The notes under the pieces were generated by a model that made no database searches, was not told where the DNA came from, and saw nothing but the letters and a program-made list of their open reading frames with translations. The position numbers were made by a program, and so were the translations under genes. From Eledone cirrhosa (lineage: Eukaryota): a stretch of DNA of 64,000 nucleotides. Shown in pieces: positions 51,863 to 64,000 of this stretch. Where the stretch lies: NCBI GenBank assembly GCA_964016885.1, contig OZ024760.1:18476001-18540000 (forward strand). Reading direction: 5' to 3'. Position 1 is the stretch's first letter. The number at the start of each line of letters is the position of its first letter.

Positions 51863-53543
51863 TACAAGGACGAATGGTTACGCCTTCATTACGTTTATTG
51901 GTTGGTGACGCGTGTTTTGTTACTGATCAGCTCAAGGTTTGATCTGGCCTGACTCTGCAATCAAAGCTCATCATATATGTAGTAGTAATGACAGATATAT
52001 ATATACCGTATATATATATAACAAAGGAACCAGGTGGACCATAACGCACCAAAGTACTCAATACTTAGGGTAGTAGAGTGGGTAATAGGAACGAGTAGGA
52101 CCCTATATATATATATTTAAACTGACCATATCCAGCCAGAATTGTCTCACTTCCTTCTGTTCAAACTGGCCATAACTGGCTGCTCATACTTATGTTAAGG
52201 TATAGTTCTCAAAATAAATACCAAAATCTCGTATATTCAATATTATGTGAGATAAAGTGTTTACCATGGCAATACAATAATAAATATAGAGTAATGCAAA
52301 TGTTATGTGAGATATTATGTAAGGTAAAGCCTTTACTGTGACAATACAATAGTAAATATAGAGTAATGTAAATGTTAAAGACTCAAGGAATGTGACACAT
52401 GTACCAATCTAGATCTAAGGAATGTAACATATATTCTGTTACACATTTTAAGTAATGTAACACATATATATTCAAGAACCCCTTCACTCAAGGTTAACCA
52501 TGGGATTGTACATAGACAGATGGCTTCTGAGACACAATCCTGAGCAAAGTGTTTTTGTGGAAGACCAGCAGTCACCCATGTATAGCAGCCTTCCCTCTCC
52601 ACGCCACCAATGTAAAAGGTAAACACCCCCTTTGGTCACACATGACTATGGGATTTGTACCTGGAAAGTTTCCCTACGAAGCACAAGTTCAAGCAAGGTG
52701 TGTTTGTGGAGACCAGCAGTCAGCCATGCATACCAGCCTCCCCTCTCCACGTCACTGATGTTGTCGAAGGGAAAGGTTATGACCGATACAGCTTGGCACC
52801 AGTGACGTCACAACTCATATATATATATACATACACATTATATATACACTATATACAGTATATGCACTACTATATATGATGTTGTTCAAGGGAAAGGCAA
52901 TGGCCGATACAGCTTGATACCAGTGACATCGCAATATTTCTACAGCTGATAAAACTGGAGCAATGTAGAATAAAGTGTCTTGTTCAAGGAAACAACACAT
53001 CACCCGGTCCGAGAATCAAACTAACTCCCAACCTTCCGATTACAAGCCCAATGCTGTAACCACTAAGGCAATGGCTGATACAGCTTGGTACCAGTGACAT
53101 TGCAACTAATTTTTTTCCAGTTTAGTAAAATGGAAGAACATGAAATAAAGTGTCTTGCTCAAGGATACAACGCATAGCCCAGTCTGGGAATCAAACTCAC
53201 AACCTCATGATTGTTAGCCCAAGGCTCTAACCACTAAGCCATATATTTTCACACATACTCATATACATATATTTAAGGAATGTGACACACAAATTGATAT
53301 ATATCCACTACATGTAACACATTCTGATAGAAATTTTATAAAATGTAACAAACATACTAATCTATATTATAATAAGAGTGCTGTCTGTCTGTCTGTCACA
53401 CTCACTTTATATAGAGAGAGGGGGAGCACCAAGCGAGAGATATATACATAGAGAGAGAAAAGGGAACACCGTGTGTTTTTAAGGTGACAGAAAGTTATGT
53501 TTCCCTCATCTCTATAGAGAGATGGGGAGGGGCACGAAGCATG

Positions 53544-53583
<40 letters not shown>

Positions 53584-54251
53584 GGAATGCTGTGTTTTCA
53601 AGGTGACAGAAAGTTATGACGCCGCCCTCATCTATATAGAAGGAGGGGTAGTGCCAAGTAAAAGAGATGTGTACATAGACAGAGAGAGAAAAAGGGAATG
53701 TTGTGTGTTTTCAAGGTGACAGAAGGAGGTCGATGGACAGAAAGTTATGACGCCACCCTCATCTATATATATAGAGAGAAAAGGAATGTCATTTGTTTAG
53801 AGAGAGTGTGAGTGTGACAGAAAGAAGGAGAAGATGACATGGCCCCATCTAGTATATATAAAAGAACGTTGAAGGGTCAGGGTCACTGTCTTATATACAA
53901 TGTGTCTTAACCTGGTGGAGCTGAAACCTCTCCAGGTCAGAACACAGTCGATGTCTTCCAGGGAGAGAGAAAAACAGTGAGGAAACAATTGACCCACCAG
54001 TATATGACTGGTACTTGATCAACCTTGGAAAAAAAAAAAATGAAAGGCAAAGTTGCCCTCGGTGGGTTTTGAACTCAGAATTACCATAACTAGAACTAAT
54101 ACTGAGGCAGGTTTTTTTTTTTTTTTTTTTTTATTCAACACTAACAACTCTTAACCTTGTCTGAAGTTGATAAAATAAAGTAACAGACAAGTACTGAGTT
54201 AGGGTTGCATTTCGTGGTTCACTTAAATTGCATTTGTCTTCCAATGTGACC

Positions 54252-54419
54252 TTAGGTTTAGGGTTAAGGTTAGGGTTAGAGTTAGGTTCAGGGTTAAGGT
54301 TAGGGTTAGGGTTAAGGTTAGGTTCAGGGTTAAGGTTAGGGTTAGGTTCAGGGTTAGAGTTAGGTTCAGGGTTAGAGTTAGGTTCAGGGTTAAGGTTAGG
54401 TTCAGGGTTAAGGTTAGGG
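54252..54419 (+). repeat. Degenerate (TTAGGG)n-like interstitial repeat
   Basis: ttaggg/ttaagg/ttagag/ttcaggg units. Confidence 0.8.
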
Positions 54420-54778
54420 GCTCAATTAAATTGCCTTTCTCTTCCAATGTGGGGTTAGAATGTTAAATGCAACTGACATCCCAAGATGTGATAGCAAAGT
54501 TAGCATAACACAGGTGTCCTTCATGTGGACATTAAATGATGATCATGAGACAAAGAGACAGACAGACAGACAAATAGATGGATAGATAGACAAACAGATA
54601 GAGGAGTCAGATTAAGAAAAACTGACAGATGTATGCATCCACATACATATATACATACACATATATACATGTGTGTGCAAGTATGTATACATGCATATCA
54701 TCATTTTACGTCCGCTTTATGCTCATGATCTGAGACAACAATATCATCATCATCAACAACAACCATGGCTCCAACAGC

Positions 54779-55059
54779 TTAAAGTTCCTCTTTCTTGGTT
54801 TTGTTCAGCCTTATAGTTGTTTTCAGCTGTTTTTTGGCAAAACCATCTTTTCTCGATCCTGTGGGATCTTTCACGTATCTCATTTTTGGATCCGGAGGGT
54901 TTTTCTGACACCCTTGCAAGAGATGTTCAGCTGCTCGGAGTCCAGATCTAAATGCCCCTTGGATGGTACCATACCTCGTGGAATCAGTATAGTCGCTAGC
55001 AAAGTAGATGTGAGGGCATATAGGCCTTGATACAGCATCCCAGTTTTCTTTTGACATTC
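54779..55059 (-). CDS. Amine oxidase terminal exon F
   Basis: GMSKENWDAVSRPI...IYFASDYT...YGTIQGAFRSGLRAA (C-terminal FAD-binding motif), basic tail, TAA. Confidence 0.88.
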
Positions 55060-56439
55060 CTTCAATAAGAGAAAAAAAAAAAAAAAAATGTATATATCTG
55101 TGTGTGTATGTATGTATATATAATAATATATACATACATATAATAATATATACATACATACATACATACATGTATGTATGTATATATAATAATATATACA
55201 TACATACATAGGAAAACTCTGATATAACACCTGCAACCCTGACAGTATCCAATGATGTTGACTTCTTGTTCTTTTTGGTAAATATCATCTTGGTTAAGAG
55301 AGTGTGACTGGCTTTGTGCAGTGCCTTTGCTCACTATAAAAGCTTCACGGCACAGGCATTGCTTTATATCTGGAGATCTCTCTGCACTTGTCACATGGTA
55401 CCATGGGCGCAGCACTATGTGTCAATAATTGTCACAAGTGTAGTGTTTGTACCAGAGTTTTCAAGTCACTGGCTGGACTAAAATGTCACTCGTTCAGCGC
55501 ATCGGTAGGGGTTCTCCTACATGGATATAAAGTAGTGGCCGTACTCGAAAACGAGTTGGCAGCCACCATATATAATAATAATACAAGGATGAATGGTTAC
55601 TCCTTTATTACGTTTATTGGTTGGTGACGCGGGTTTTGCTCCTGATCTGTATCAATCTGGCCTGAATGTGGAATCAAAAGCTCGTCGGACCTCTGTAGTA
55701 ATAATTGTTTCTATTTTAGGCACAAGGCCAGCAATTACCCAGTACATTACTGGTACTTTATTTTATCGACCCTGTAAGGATGAAAGGCAAAGTTAACCTC
55801 GGCAGGATTTGAATTCAGATCATAAAGGGACGTAACTATGCTTCAAAGAATGTAATAATTGTTTCTACTTTAGGCACAAGGCCAGCAATTGCCCAGTACA
55901 TTACTGGTACTTTATGTAATAATGACAATGTATATACATGGCATATAAAATGTCTAACATTCATATGTTGATCAGTTTATGTTGTTTTGATTGGTAGGTT
56001 AATTATATATACTCTTTTACCTGTTCCAGCCATCCAGCCGAGCCCATGCTGGGGCACCCCCCTTATGTATGTATTTATATATATGTGTGTGTGTATATAT
56101 ATATATGTGTGTGTATATATATATGTGTGTGTGTGTGTATGTATATAAGTGTTAATATAGAAATGCCTTCTACAAGACTAGAACTGTTTCATTGAAAGGG
56201 CTTTCAGGATGATTTCTTTCGAATGAAACAGGTCTAATCTTGTAGAAGCTATTTCTATATTAAACATTTATACTCTACTATGTATTGAGTACTTTACTTA
56301 CTGTGGTTACCTCCGATTGAACCCAGGACACACACATATATATATACGTCCGCTTTTCCCTTGTTGAGATGAGGTGAGATATTAGAATTTAAAACCTCCA
56401 TGCTTCCTGATGACAGGGGGGTGTATGGAGGGAATGGGT

Positions 56440-57910
56440 TTTTTTTTTCCCACGCTCAGAGTTGCTGAAGCATGGAACAAACTACCTGCATCAGTTGTTA
56501 GCTGCCGAGACACTGCATCCTTTAAAACGTCCATGGAACAAACTGCCTGTGTCAGTTGTTAGCTGTCGAGACACTGCATCCTTTAAAACCTCCATGGAAC
56601 AAACTGCCTGCGTCAGTTGTTAGCTGCCGAGACACTGCATCCTTTAAAACCTCCATGGAACAAACTGCTTGCGTCAGTTGTTAGCTGCTGAGACACTGCA
56701 TCCTTTAAAACCTCCATGGAACAAACTACCTGCATCAGTTGTTAGCTGCCGAGACACTGCATCCTTTAAAACCTCCATGTAACAAACTGCCTGTGTCAGT
56801 TGTTAGCTGTCGAGACACTGCATCCTTTAAAACCTCCATGGAACAAACTGCCTGCATCAGTTGTTAGCTGCCGAGACACTGCATCCTTTAAAACCTCCAT
56901 GGAACAAACTGCTTGCGTCAGTTGTTAGCTGCTGAGACACTGCATCCTTTAAAACCTCCATGGAACAAACTACCTGCATCAGTTATTAGCTGTCGAGACA
57001 CTGCATCCTTTAAAACCTCCATGGAACAAACTGCTTGCGTCAGTTGTTAGCTGCCGAGACACTGCATCCTTTAAAACGTCCATGCAACAAACTACCTGCA
57101 TCAGTTATTAGCTGTCGAGACACTGCATCCTTTAAAACGTCCATGGAACAAACTACCTGCATCAGTTATTAGCTGTCGAGACACTGCATCCTTTAAAACG
57201 TCCATGGAACAAACTACCTGCATCAGTTATTAGCTGCCGAGACACTGCATCCTTTAAAACGTCCATGCAACAAACTACCTGCATCAGTTATTAGCTGCCG
57301 AGACACTGCATCCTTTAAAACGTCCATGCAACAAACTACCTGCATCAGTTATTAGCTGCCGAGACACTGCATCCTTTAAAACGTCCATGCAACAAACTAC
57401 CTGCATCAGTTATTAGCTGTCGAGACACTGCATCCTTTAAAACCTCCATGGAACAAACTACCTGCATCAGTTATTAGCTGCCGAGACACTGCATCCTTTA
57501 AAACGTCCATGCAACAAACTACCTGCATCAGTTATTAGCTGCCGAGACACTGCATCCTTTAAAACCCTCATGCTTCCCGAACTACACCTGATGTACCCCT
57601 TCCATACACATGCACACGTGTATATCATGACTCGTGCACTGTTCATTTTCCTTACGTTTGTACATTACCCTATGTACTATACATACACTTTTTTGATGAG
57701 TTGTAGTGTACCTGAGCACTGTACACAATATTTCATTATTATTATTCGCCAACATTACACCTGATGCCCCCCTCCACACACACACGTGTATATCACAACT
57801 CGTACACTGCTCATTTTCCTGACATTTGTACATTATTCTATGTACTATACATGCACCTTTGATGAGTTGTAGTGCACCTGAGCACTGTGCACAATAATTT
57901 CATTATTAGA
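56440..57910 (+). mobile_element. CR1/Jockey-group LINE 3' end with a 61-bp unit amplified about 18 times (56471-57566) and a duplicated 3' UTR
   Basis: Same family as 14820-15230; catgg starts at 56471, 56532, 56593... Confidence 0.9.
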
Positions 57911-58029
57911 ATTCCTAGAAAAATAAAAAAAAACTCCACACTAGAACTATTAAAACAGCTAAATGTTGTCAAAGACAGCGATGGGCAAAAATGCCTCGAA
58001 TCAGCAGCAGTTTAATATGAGGTACTTAC

Positions 58030-58155
58030 CAATGGAAGGGTAAGAAAGGAAACCTCCACTGAAGGGGTCAGATGCCCAGTTACTCGATGTCACACTCAAT
58101 ATGTCGGATTCGGATAAATTCTTCAAGCGGAACATTGATGTTAAACGTTCTATTG
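58030..58155 (-). CDS. Amine oxidase exon E
   Basis: tttcag|AIERLTSMF...SNWASDPFSGGFLSYPSI-G|GTAAGT (W..DP...G..SY motif). Confidence 0.88.
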
Positions 58156-58231
58156 CTGAAAAGAGATGAAAAGAAGATCATCATCATTATAACCATCACA
58201 TCCACCACCGCTCCAGGTGTGTTTCTATAAT

Positions 58232-59034
58232 GTAGTGTCTTTCATTAGAAATATGGTAATGAAAGGGTTAATGACATAGATAGTGTCTTTCATTAGAAAT
58301 ATGGTAATGAAAGGGTTAATGACATAGACAGTGTCTTTCATTAGATATATGGTAATGACAGGGTTAATGACATTGACAGTGTCTTACATTAGAAATATGG
58401 TAATGAAAGGGTTAAAGACATAGCAGTGTCTTTCATTAGAAATATGGTAATGAAAGGGTTAATGACATAGGCAGTGTCTTTCATTAGAAATATGGTAAAG
58501 AAAGGGTTAATGACATAGACAGTGTCTTTCATTAGAAATAGGGTAATGAAAGGGTTAATGACATAGACAGTGTCTTTCATTAGAAATATGGTAATGAAAG
58601 GGTTAATGGCATAGACAGTGTCTTTCATTAGAAATATGGTAATGAAAGGGTTAATGACATAGACAGTGTCTTTCATTAGAAATATGGTAATGACAGGGTT
58701 AATGGCATAGGCAGTGTCTTTCATTAGAAATATGGTAATGAAAGGGTTAAAGACATAGACAGTGTCTTACATTAGAAATATGGTAATGAAAGGATTTAAG
58801 GACTGGAATGAAAGGGTTAAAGACATAGACAGTGTCTTACATTAGAAATATGGTAATGAAAGGGTTAAAGACATTGACACTGTCTTACATTAGATATATG
58901 GTAATGACAGGGTTAATGACATAGACAGTGTCTTTCATTAGAAATATGGTAATGAAAGGATTTAAGGACTGGAATGAAAGGGTTAATGACATAGACAGTG
59001 TCTTTTATTAGAAATTTGGTAATGAAAGGGTTAA
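58232..59034. repeat. 48-bp minisatellite filling most of amine oxidase intron D-E
   Basis: gtgtctttcattagaaatatggtaatgaaagggttaatgacatagaca. Confidence 0.93.
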
Positions 59035-59043
59035 AATACAAAC

Positions 59044-59274
59044 CGAGAGTTTTAAGTTGTGAGTCTGTGTAATTTCCAAACTTGTTAGCTATATTGCTCT
59101 GGATGAAAGTGGTCAAATAAGGGTTCTTCTGGTGGGATATCCACCCAGTATTTAGCCACGTGGACATCACTCCAATTTCATTCATATCAGATGCAGCATA
59201 ATGGAAGATTTCTGTATCCTTTGGCCAAAATATGGAGCCAAATTCCAAGATAACATTAATCACACCACCTACCT
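59044..59274 (-). CDS. Amine oxidase exon D
   Basis: EVGGVINVILEFGSIFWP...; acceptor tatag| (an alternative in-frame AG would start the exon at 59268), donor G|GTTTGT. Confidence 0.8.
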
Positions 59275-59341
59275 CTATATGTCAGGTGGGGAAAAGAAAC
59301 AAAGAATGAGACAAAAGTTACACCAATATCATCATCATCAT

Positions 59342-59640
59342 AGACATGATAAACTGGAATACATGTAGCAAACTGGGACACACAATAAATTGAGATACAC
59401 ATAACAAACAGGGATACATGTAGCAAACCAGGATACACATAACAAACTAGGATACATGTAGCAAACTGGGATAGATGTAGCAAACTGAGATAGATGTAGC
59501 AAACTGGGATACATGTAGCAAACTGGGATACATGTAGCAAACCAGGATACACATAATAAATTGAGATACACATAACAAACCAGGATACATATGATAAACT
59601 GGGATACATGTAGCAAAGTGGGATACACATGATAAACTGC
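59342..59640. repeat. ~20-bp minisatellite
   Basis: aaactgggatacatgtagc variants. Confidence 0.85.
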
Positions 59641-60078
59641 TACAAAGAATTCTGTCCAATGTTTTAATTTCTGGCTGTATATATAAACATAAATTCATAT
59701 AGACAGGGGTAACCTCTTGTTAGTTTGGTAAAACAGGAGGGCTACAACGTCGATTTACCAAACGGAGCCCAAGGTCAGGGCCTATGAGGGGGGAGGGTTC
59801 AGCTGGTATTTTGTTCCAGGGCCCAAGAGCTAAGAAGGTCCCAGAGCAACCATGCAACATCCATTTTGAGAAAAATCTTTTCCTGCTTTGGGCCCCAAAG
59901 GGGTCTTGTATTGCCTGTTGGAGCTCCTGCACAAGGGAATGAATAAGCCTCTACGCAGACACTGGATTTGTTAAAAATAACAGCCAAATCACCCTCGAAT
60001 CACAGTCTGCTATCTTAGAACACATTGAATGAGATGTAAATTAGGAATGAAATCAATAAAATATAATAAATGTATTAC

Positions 60079-60320
60079 CTAAGGAGTTTAATGCGACACG
60101 TTTTTCAACAGGTAATACGGGATCAAATGATATCTGGGATGATTTGAGGACACCTAAGGGCACAGCTACAATGACTGCGTCCACTTTCTTCTGTTGTCGG
60201 TCCTTTGTTCTCACCAAAACCTTGCTTGTGTTGTCCACTTGGGCAAGCTTGATCTGTGAAACCACTTTATTCATCTCTAAATTTAATGGTTGTTCCTCCA
60301 AAAAAACACCACTGACCAGC
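60079..60320 (-). CDS. Amine oxidase exon C
   Basis: LEMNKVVSQI...VDAVIVAVPLGVLKSSQISFDPVLPVEKRVALNSL, a typical flavin amine oxidase segment; GT-AG phases 2-1. Confidence 0.9.
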
Positions 60321-60708
60321 CTAAAACATTTAAATAATTGTAAATAAACATTGGAATGTCCAGCGAACCCCTTTATAAGCTGGATTCACTGATATTTCCT
60401 GCCTTTCAGATTTTCTACACTTTTTAAGTATTTAGACAATAATTGCTTGATTAATGAAGCATTTGGAAATTGAACATTTCTAAAATATAGTCACCTCAAT
60501 GCAGATAATTATAATAATAGTTGATAGTGCTGGAGTCAGGATATATAAAATATAGTCACAATCTATATTATAATAGAATACATGGACACATGAGAGATAT
60601 ACACACACACATATATGTATATACACATGCATGCATACACATATACACATGTACATACACACATGCACACTCAAAGGAAGGTGGAGTGAGGTAGATGGTG
60701 GACCTTAC

Positions 60709-60956
60709 CTATCAAGGACTTCCTGGAATCCATCTTCAATAACAGTGTTAGGGAACAAGTTAAAACGTGATTTCAAGGAACTGCAGGAGATTTTCTGTGG
60801 TGCCATACTGTATTTGGCAAACGTCATGGTTGTAAAGACATTCAGTGGAAGAGACTGTTTGAAAACTGGCTGAAGTCGATATAAATTGTCAACAGCTTCT
60901 TGTAGGGTCATGTCTCGGTTCGAGGGGCAGGAACTTTGTACAGCAGCCATTAAAAC
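60709..60956 (-). CDS. Amine oxidase exon B
   Basis: cag|VLMAAVQ...DMTLQEAV...NTVIEDGFQEVLD-AG|GTAAGG (GF/GY..L motif of the Amino_oxidase domain). Confidence 0.8.
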
Positions 60957-60999
60957 CTGTTGAATAGATAAACCAGAAATAATTAGATTAAATAACTAA

Positions 61000-62628
61000 C
61001 TGAGAGATATACCACCGAGACTGGGGTGAACAGAGTCTTGCAGCTCCCTTCTACAGCTGAGATATACCACCTAGATTGGGGTGTAGAGTCTGTCACTCCC
61101 TACCACAGCTGAGATATATCACATAGACTGGGGTGTAGAGTGTCACTCACAGCTGAGATATACCACCTAGACTGGGATGTAGAGTATGTCACTTACAGCT
61201 GAGATATACCACCTAGACTGGGATGTAGAGTATGTCACTTACAGCTGAGATATACCACCTAGACTGGGGTGTAGAGTCTGTCACTCACGGCTGAGATATA
61301 CCACCTAGACTGGGGTGTAGAGTCTGTCACTCACAGCTGAGATATACCACCTAGACTGGGATGTAGAGTCTGTCACTCACAGCTGAGATATACCACCTAG
61401 ACTGGGGTGTAGAGTCTATCACTCACAGCTGAGATATACCACCTAGACTGGGGTGTAGTGTCTGTCACTCCCTACCACAGCTGAGATATATCACATAGAC
61501 TGGGATGTAGAGTCTGTCACTCACAGCTGAGATATACCACCTAGACTGGGATGTAGAATCTGTCACTCACAGCTGAGATATACCACCTAGACTGGGATGT
61601 AGAGTCTGTCACTCACAGCTGAGATATACCACCTAGACTGGGATGTAGAGTCTGTCACTCACAGCTGAGATATACCACCTAGACTGGGATGTAGAGTCTG
61701 TCACTCACAGCTGAGATATACCACCTAGACTGGGGTGTAGAGTCTGTCACTCACAGCTGAGATATACCACCTAGACTGGGGTGTAGAGTCTGTCACTCCC
61801 TACCACAGCTGAGATGTACCACCTAGACTGGGATGTAGAGTCTGTCACTCACAGCTGAGATATACCACCTAGACTGGGGTGTAGAGTCTGTCACTCACAG
61901 CTGAGATATACCACCTAGACTGGGGTGTAGAGTCTGTCACTCACGGCTGAGATATACCACCTAGACTGGGGTGTAGAGTCTGTCACTCACGGCTGAGATA
62001 TACCACCTAGACTGGGGTGTAGAGTCTGTCACTCACGGCTGAGATATACAACCTAGACTGGGGTGTAGAGTGTCACTCACAGCTGAGATATACCACCTAG
62101 ACTGGGGTGTACGGTCTGTCACTCACAGCTGAGATATACCACCTAGACTGGGGTGTAGAGTCTGTCACTCACAGCTGAGATATACCACCTAGACTGGGAT
62201 GTAGAGTCTGTCACTCACGGCTGAGATATACCACCTAGACTGGGGTGTAGAGTGTCACTTCCTACCACAGCTGAGATATACCATCTAGACTGGGATGTAG
62301 AGTCTGTCACTCACGGCTGAGATATACCACCTAGACTGGGATGTAGAGTCTTGCAGCGCCGTTCTACAGCTGAGATATACCACCTAGACTGGGGTGTAGT
62401 GTCTGTCAGTCCCTACCACAGCTGAGATATACCAGATAGACTGGGGTGAAGAGTCTACCACCCACAGCTGAGATATACCACCGAGACTGGGGTGTAGAGT
62501 CTGTCACTTCCTACCACAGCTGAGATATACCACCTAGACTGGAGTGTAGTGTCTGTCACTCCCTACCACAGCTGAGATATACCACCTAGACTGGGGTGTA
62601 GTGTCTACCACACCCAAGATATACCACT
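61000..62628. repeat. 46-bp minisatellite (about 34 units, with 44- and 53-bp variants)
   Basis: cagctgagatataccacctagactggggtgtagagtctgtcactca. Confidence 0.95.
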
Positions 62629-62889
62629 TATTATTATTGAGTTCAATTCACGCCAAGGTCAACTTTGCCTTTCATCCCCCCAAGGTCAATAAGATAGAGT
62701 ACCAGTCATATATTGGTGGTTGATATAATCGACTTACCTTTTACTCCTTACCACAAAATTCTGGCCTTCTGTCTACAGTAGAAATCAATATTAAAATGGC
62801 ATTTATATCATAACTTAATAAAAGGATGTTATATAAAATTATGTAGGGAGATTTTAATTTAACTAGGAACACTTTAGAATGGGTGATTA

Positions 62890-63110
62890 AGCACCCAGTC
62901 CACACTGTAAAGTGGTCGTGTAGGTGTCACAACAAAAAGCACCCAGCACTCACTGTAAATGAGGTTAGGAAGGGCATCCAGCTGTAGAAATCAAGCCAAA
63001 ATCAGTTCTGTATGAGCTCACCTGACCTGGCATTGCTCACAACAGGATAACTCGTCTAACCCATGCTAGCATGGAAAAATGGACGTTCAACAGTGAGGAT
63101 GATGATGATG
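62890..63110 (+). mobile_element. RTE 3' UTR fragment
   Basis: ttaggaagggcatccagctgtagaaa...gatgatgat. Confidence 0.75.
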
Positions 63111-63166
63111 GGGACCAGGTGTAGTTTTGGGCAGGTTGGTATCAAAAAGTTTTATAAACAACTTAC

Positions 63167-63351
63167 CTGTTGGTGTATCTGTGCAAGATTATCAAACTCC
63201 ATATCACGATAGACCTTTTGTGTAGCACCATTTATCAACTGCTTAAATTCAATACGTCTTGAGGTCACTTCGAATGGACCCAAACTCTCACTAAACAGAT
63301 TCTCAGGGTCATCATTATCAAACAGAACAAGCCCCCGGTCAGCTTCGATGC
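63167..63351 (-). CDS. FAD-dependent amine oxidase (PAO/SMOX/LSD-like family), internal exon A
   Basis: ttag| acceptor, CAG|GTAAGT donor, open frame phase-compatible with the next exon; weak motif content on its own. Confidence 0.65.
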
Positions 63352-63444
63352 CTAATTTTAAAAAAAAATGAAAGTTAGTTAAAGAATCAATCAGATTCAT
63401 ATCGAGGAGTCACAGTCCGATACTATGGCCATGAGGAAAGATTC

Positions 63445-64000
63445 TCGGAATTGAGAGATCACAGCTCTGATGCTATGGGCATGTAGTTAGAATGTCTCAG
63501 GAAAGAATCTCTGAATTGAGAGATCACAGCTCTGATGCTATGGACATGTGATTAGAATGTCTCAGGAAAGAATTGTTGGATTGAGAGATCACAGCTCTGA
63601 TACTATGGGCATGTAGTTAGAATGTCTCAGGAAAGAATCTCTGAATTGAGAGATCACAGCTCTGATACTATAGGCATGTAGTTAGAATGTCTCAGGAAAG
63701 AATCTCTGAATTGAGAGATCACAGCTCTGATGCTATGGACATGTGATTAGAATGTCTCAGGAAAGAATTGTTGGATTGAGAGATCACAGCTCTGATACTA
63801 TGGGCATGTAGTTAGAATGTCTCAGGAAAGAATCTCTGAATTGAGAGATCACAGCTCTGATACTATAGGCATGTAGTTAGAATGTCTCAGGAAAGAATCT
63901 CTGAATTGAGAGATCACAGCTCTGATGCTATGGACATGTGATTAGAATGTCTCAGGAAAGAATTGTTGGATTGAGAGATCACAGCTCTGATACTATGGGC
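63445..64000. repeat. 65-bp RTE-derived minisatellite running off the window end
   Basis: ttgagagatcacagctctgatactatgggcatgtagttagaatgtctcaggaaagaatc, shared with the 49870-50580 RTE segment. Confidence 0.92.

Noticed and set aside
50686-51908. Long ORFs (up to 393 aa) rich in Y/I/H/T/C/V
   Set aside because: Translations of TA/CA microsatellite, open in several frames; the same applies to 10221-12561 and 17021-17543.

Overview
Eukaryotic, AT-rich and microsatellite-rich genomic DNA; the SINE/LINE content suggests an octopod cephalopod (inference). Three spliced genes can be reconstructed with consistent GT-AG phases: LDAH (+, 3 coding exons, 14619-18538, about 337 aa), DTWD1 (-, 4 coding exons, 46434-40484, about 286 aa) and the 3' six exons of a divergent FAD-dependent amine oxidase (-, 63351-54779, start outside the window). 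Between the convergent LDAH and DTWD1 lies a ~21 kb repeat complex: a 31-bp minisatellite, a 5.8-kb 40-bp satellite with higher-order structure inside nested inverted arms, and 3.2 near-identical tandem 1574-bp units, each full unit carrying a 5'-truncated RTE LINE. The rest is RTE, CR1-group and Tx1-like LINE fragments, V-domain and Meta-domain-like SINEs, piggyBac-type MITEs and TE-derived minisatellites. The most notable signals are: several families of short (TA)n-flanked, often fold-back elements carrying minimal type I hammerhead ribozyme motifs (Penelope-like); a minisatellite made of about 20 copies of a DTWD1 splice acceptor; apparent loss of conserved active-site residues in the amine oxidase; and a ~110-bp direct repeat shared by the two convergent 3' regions.
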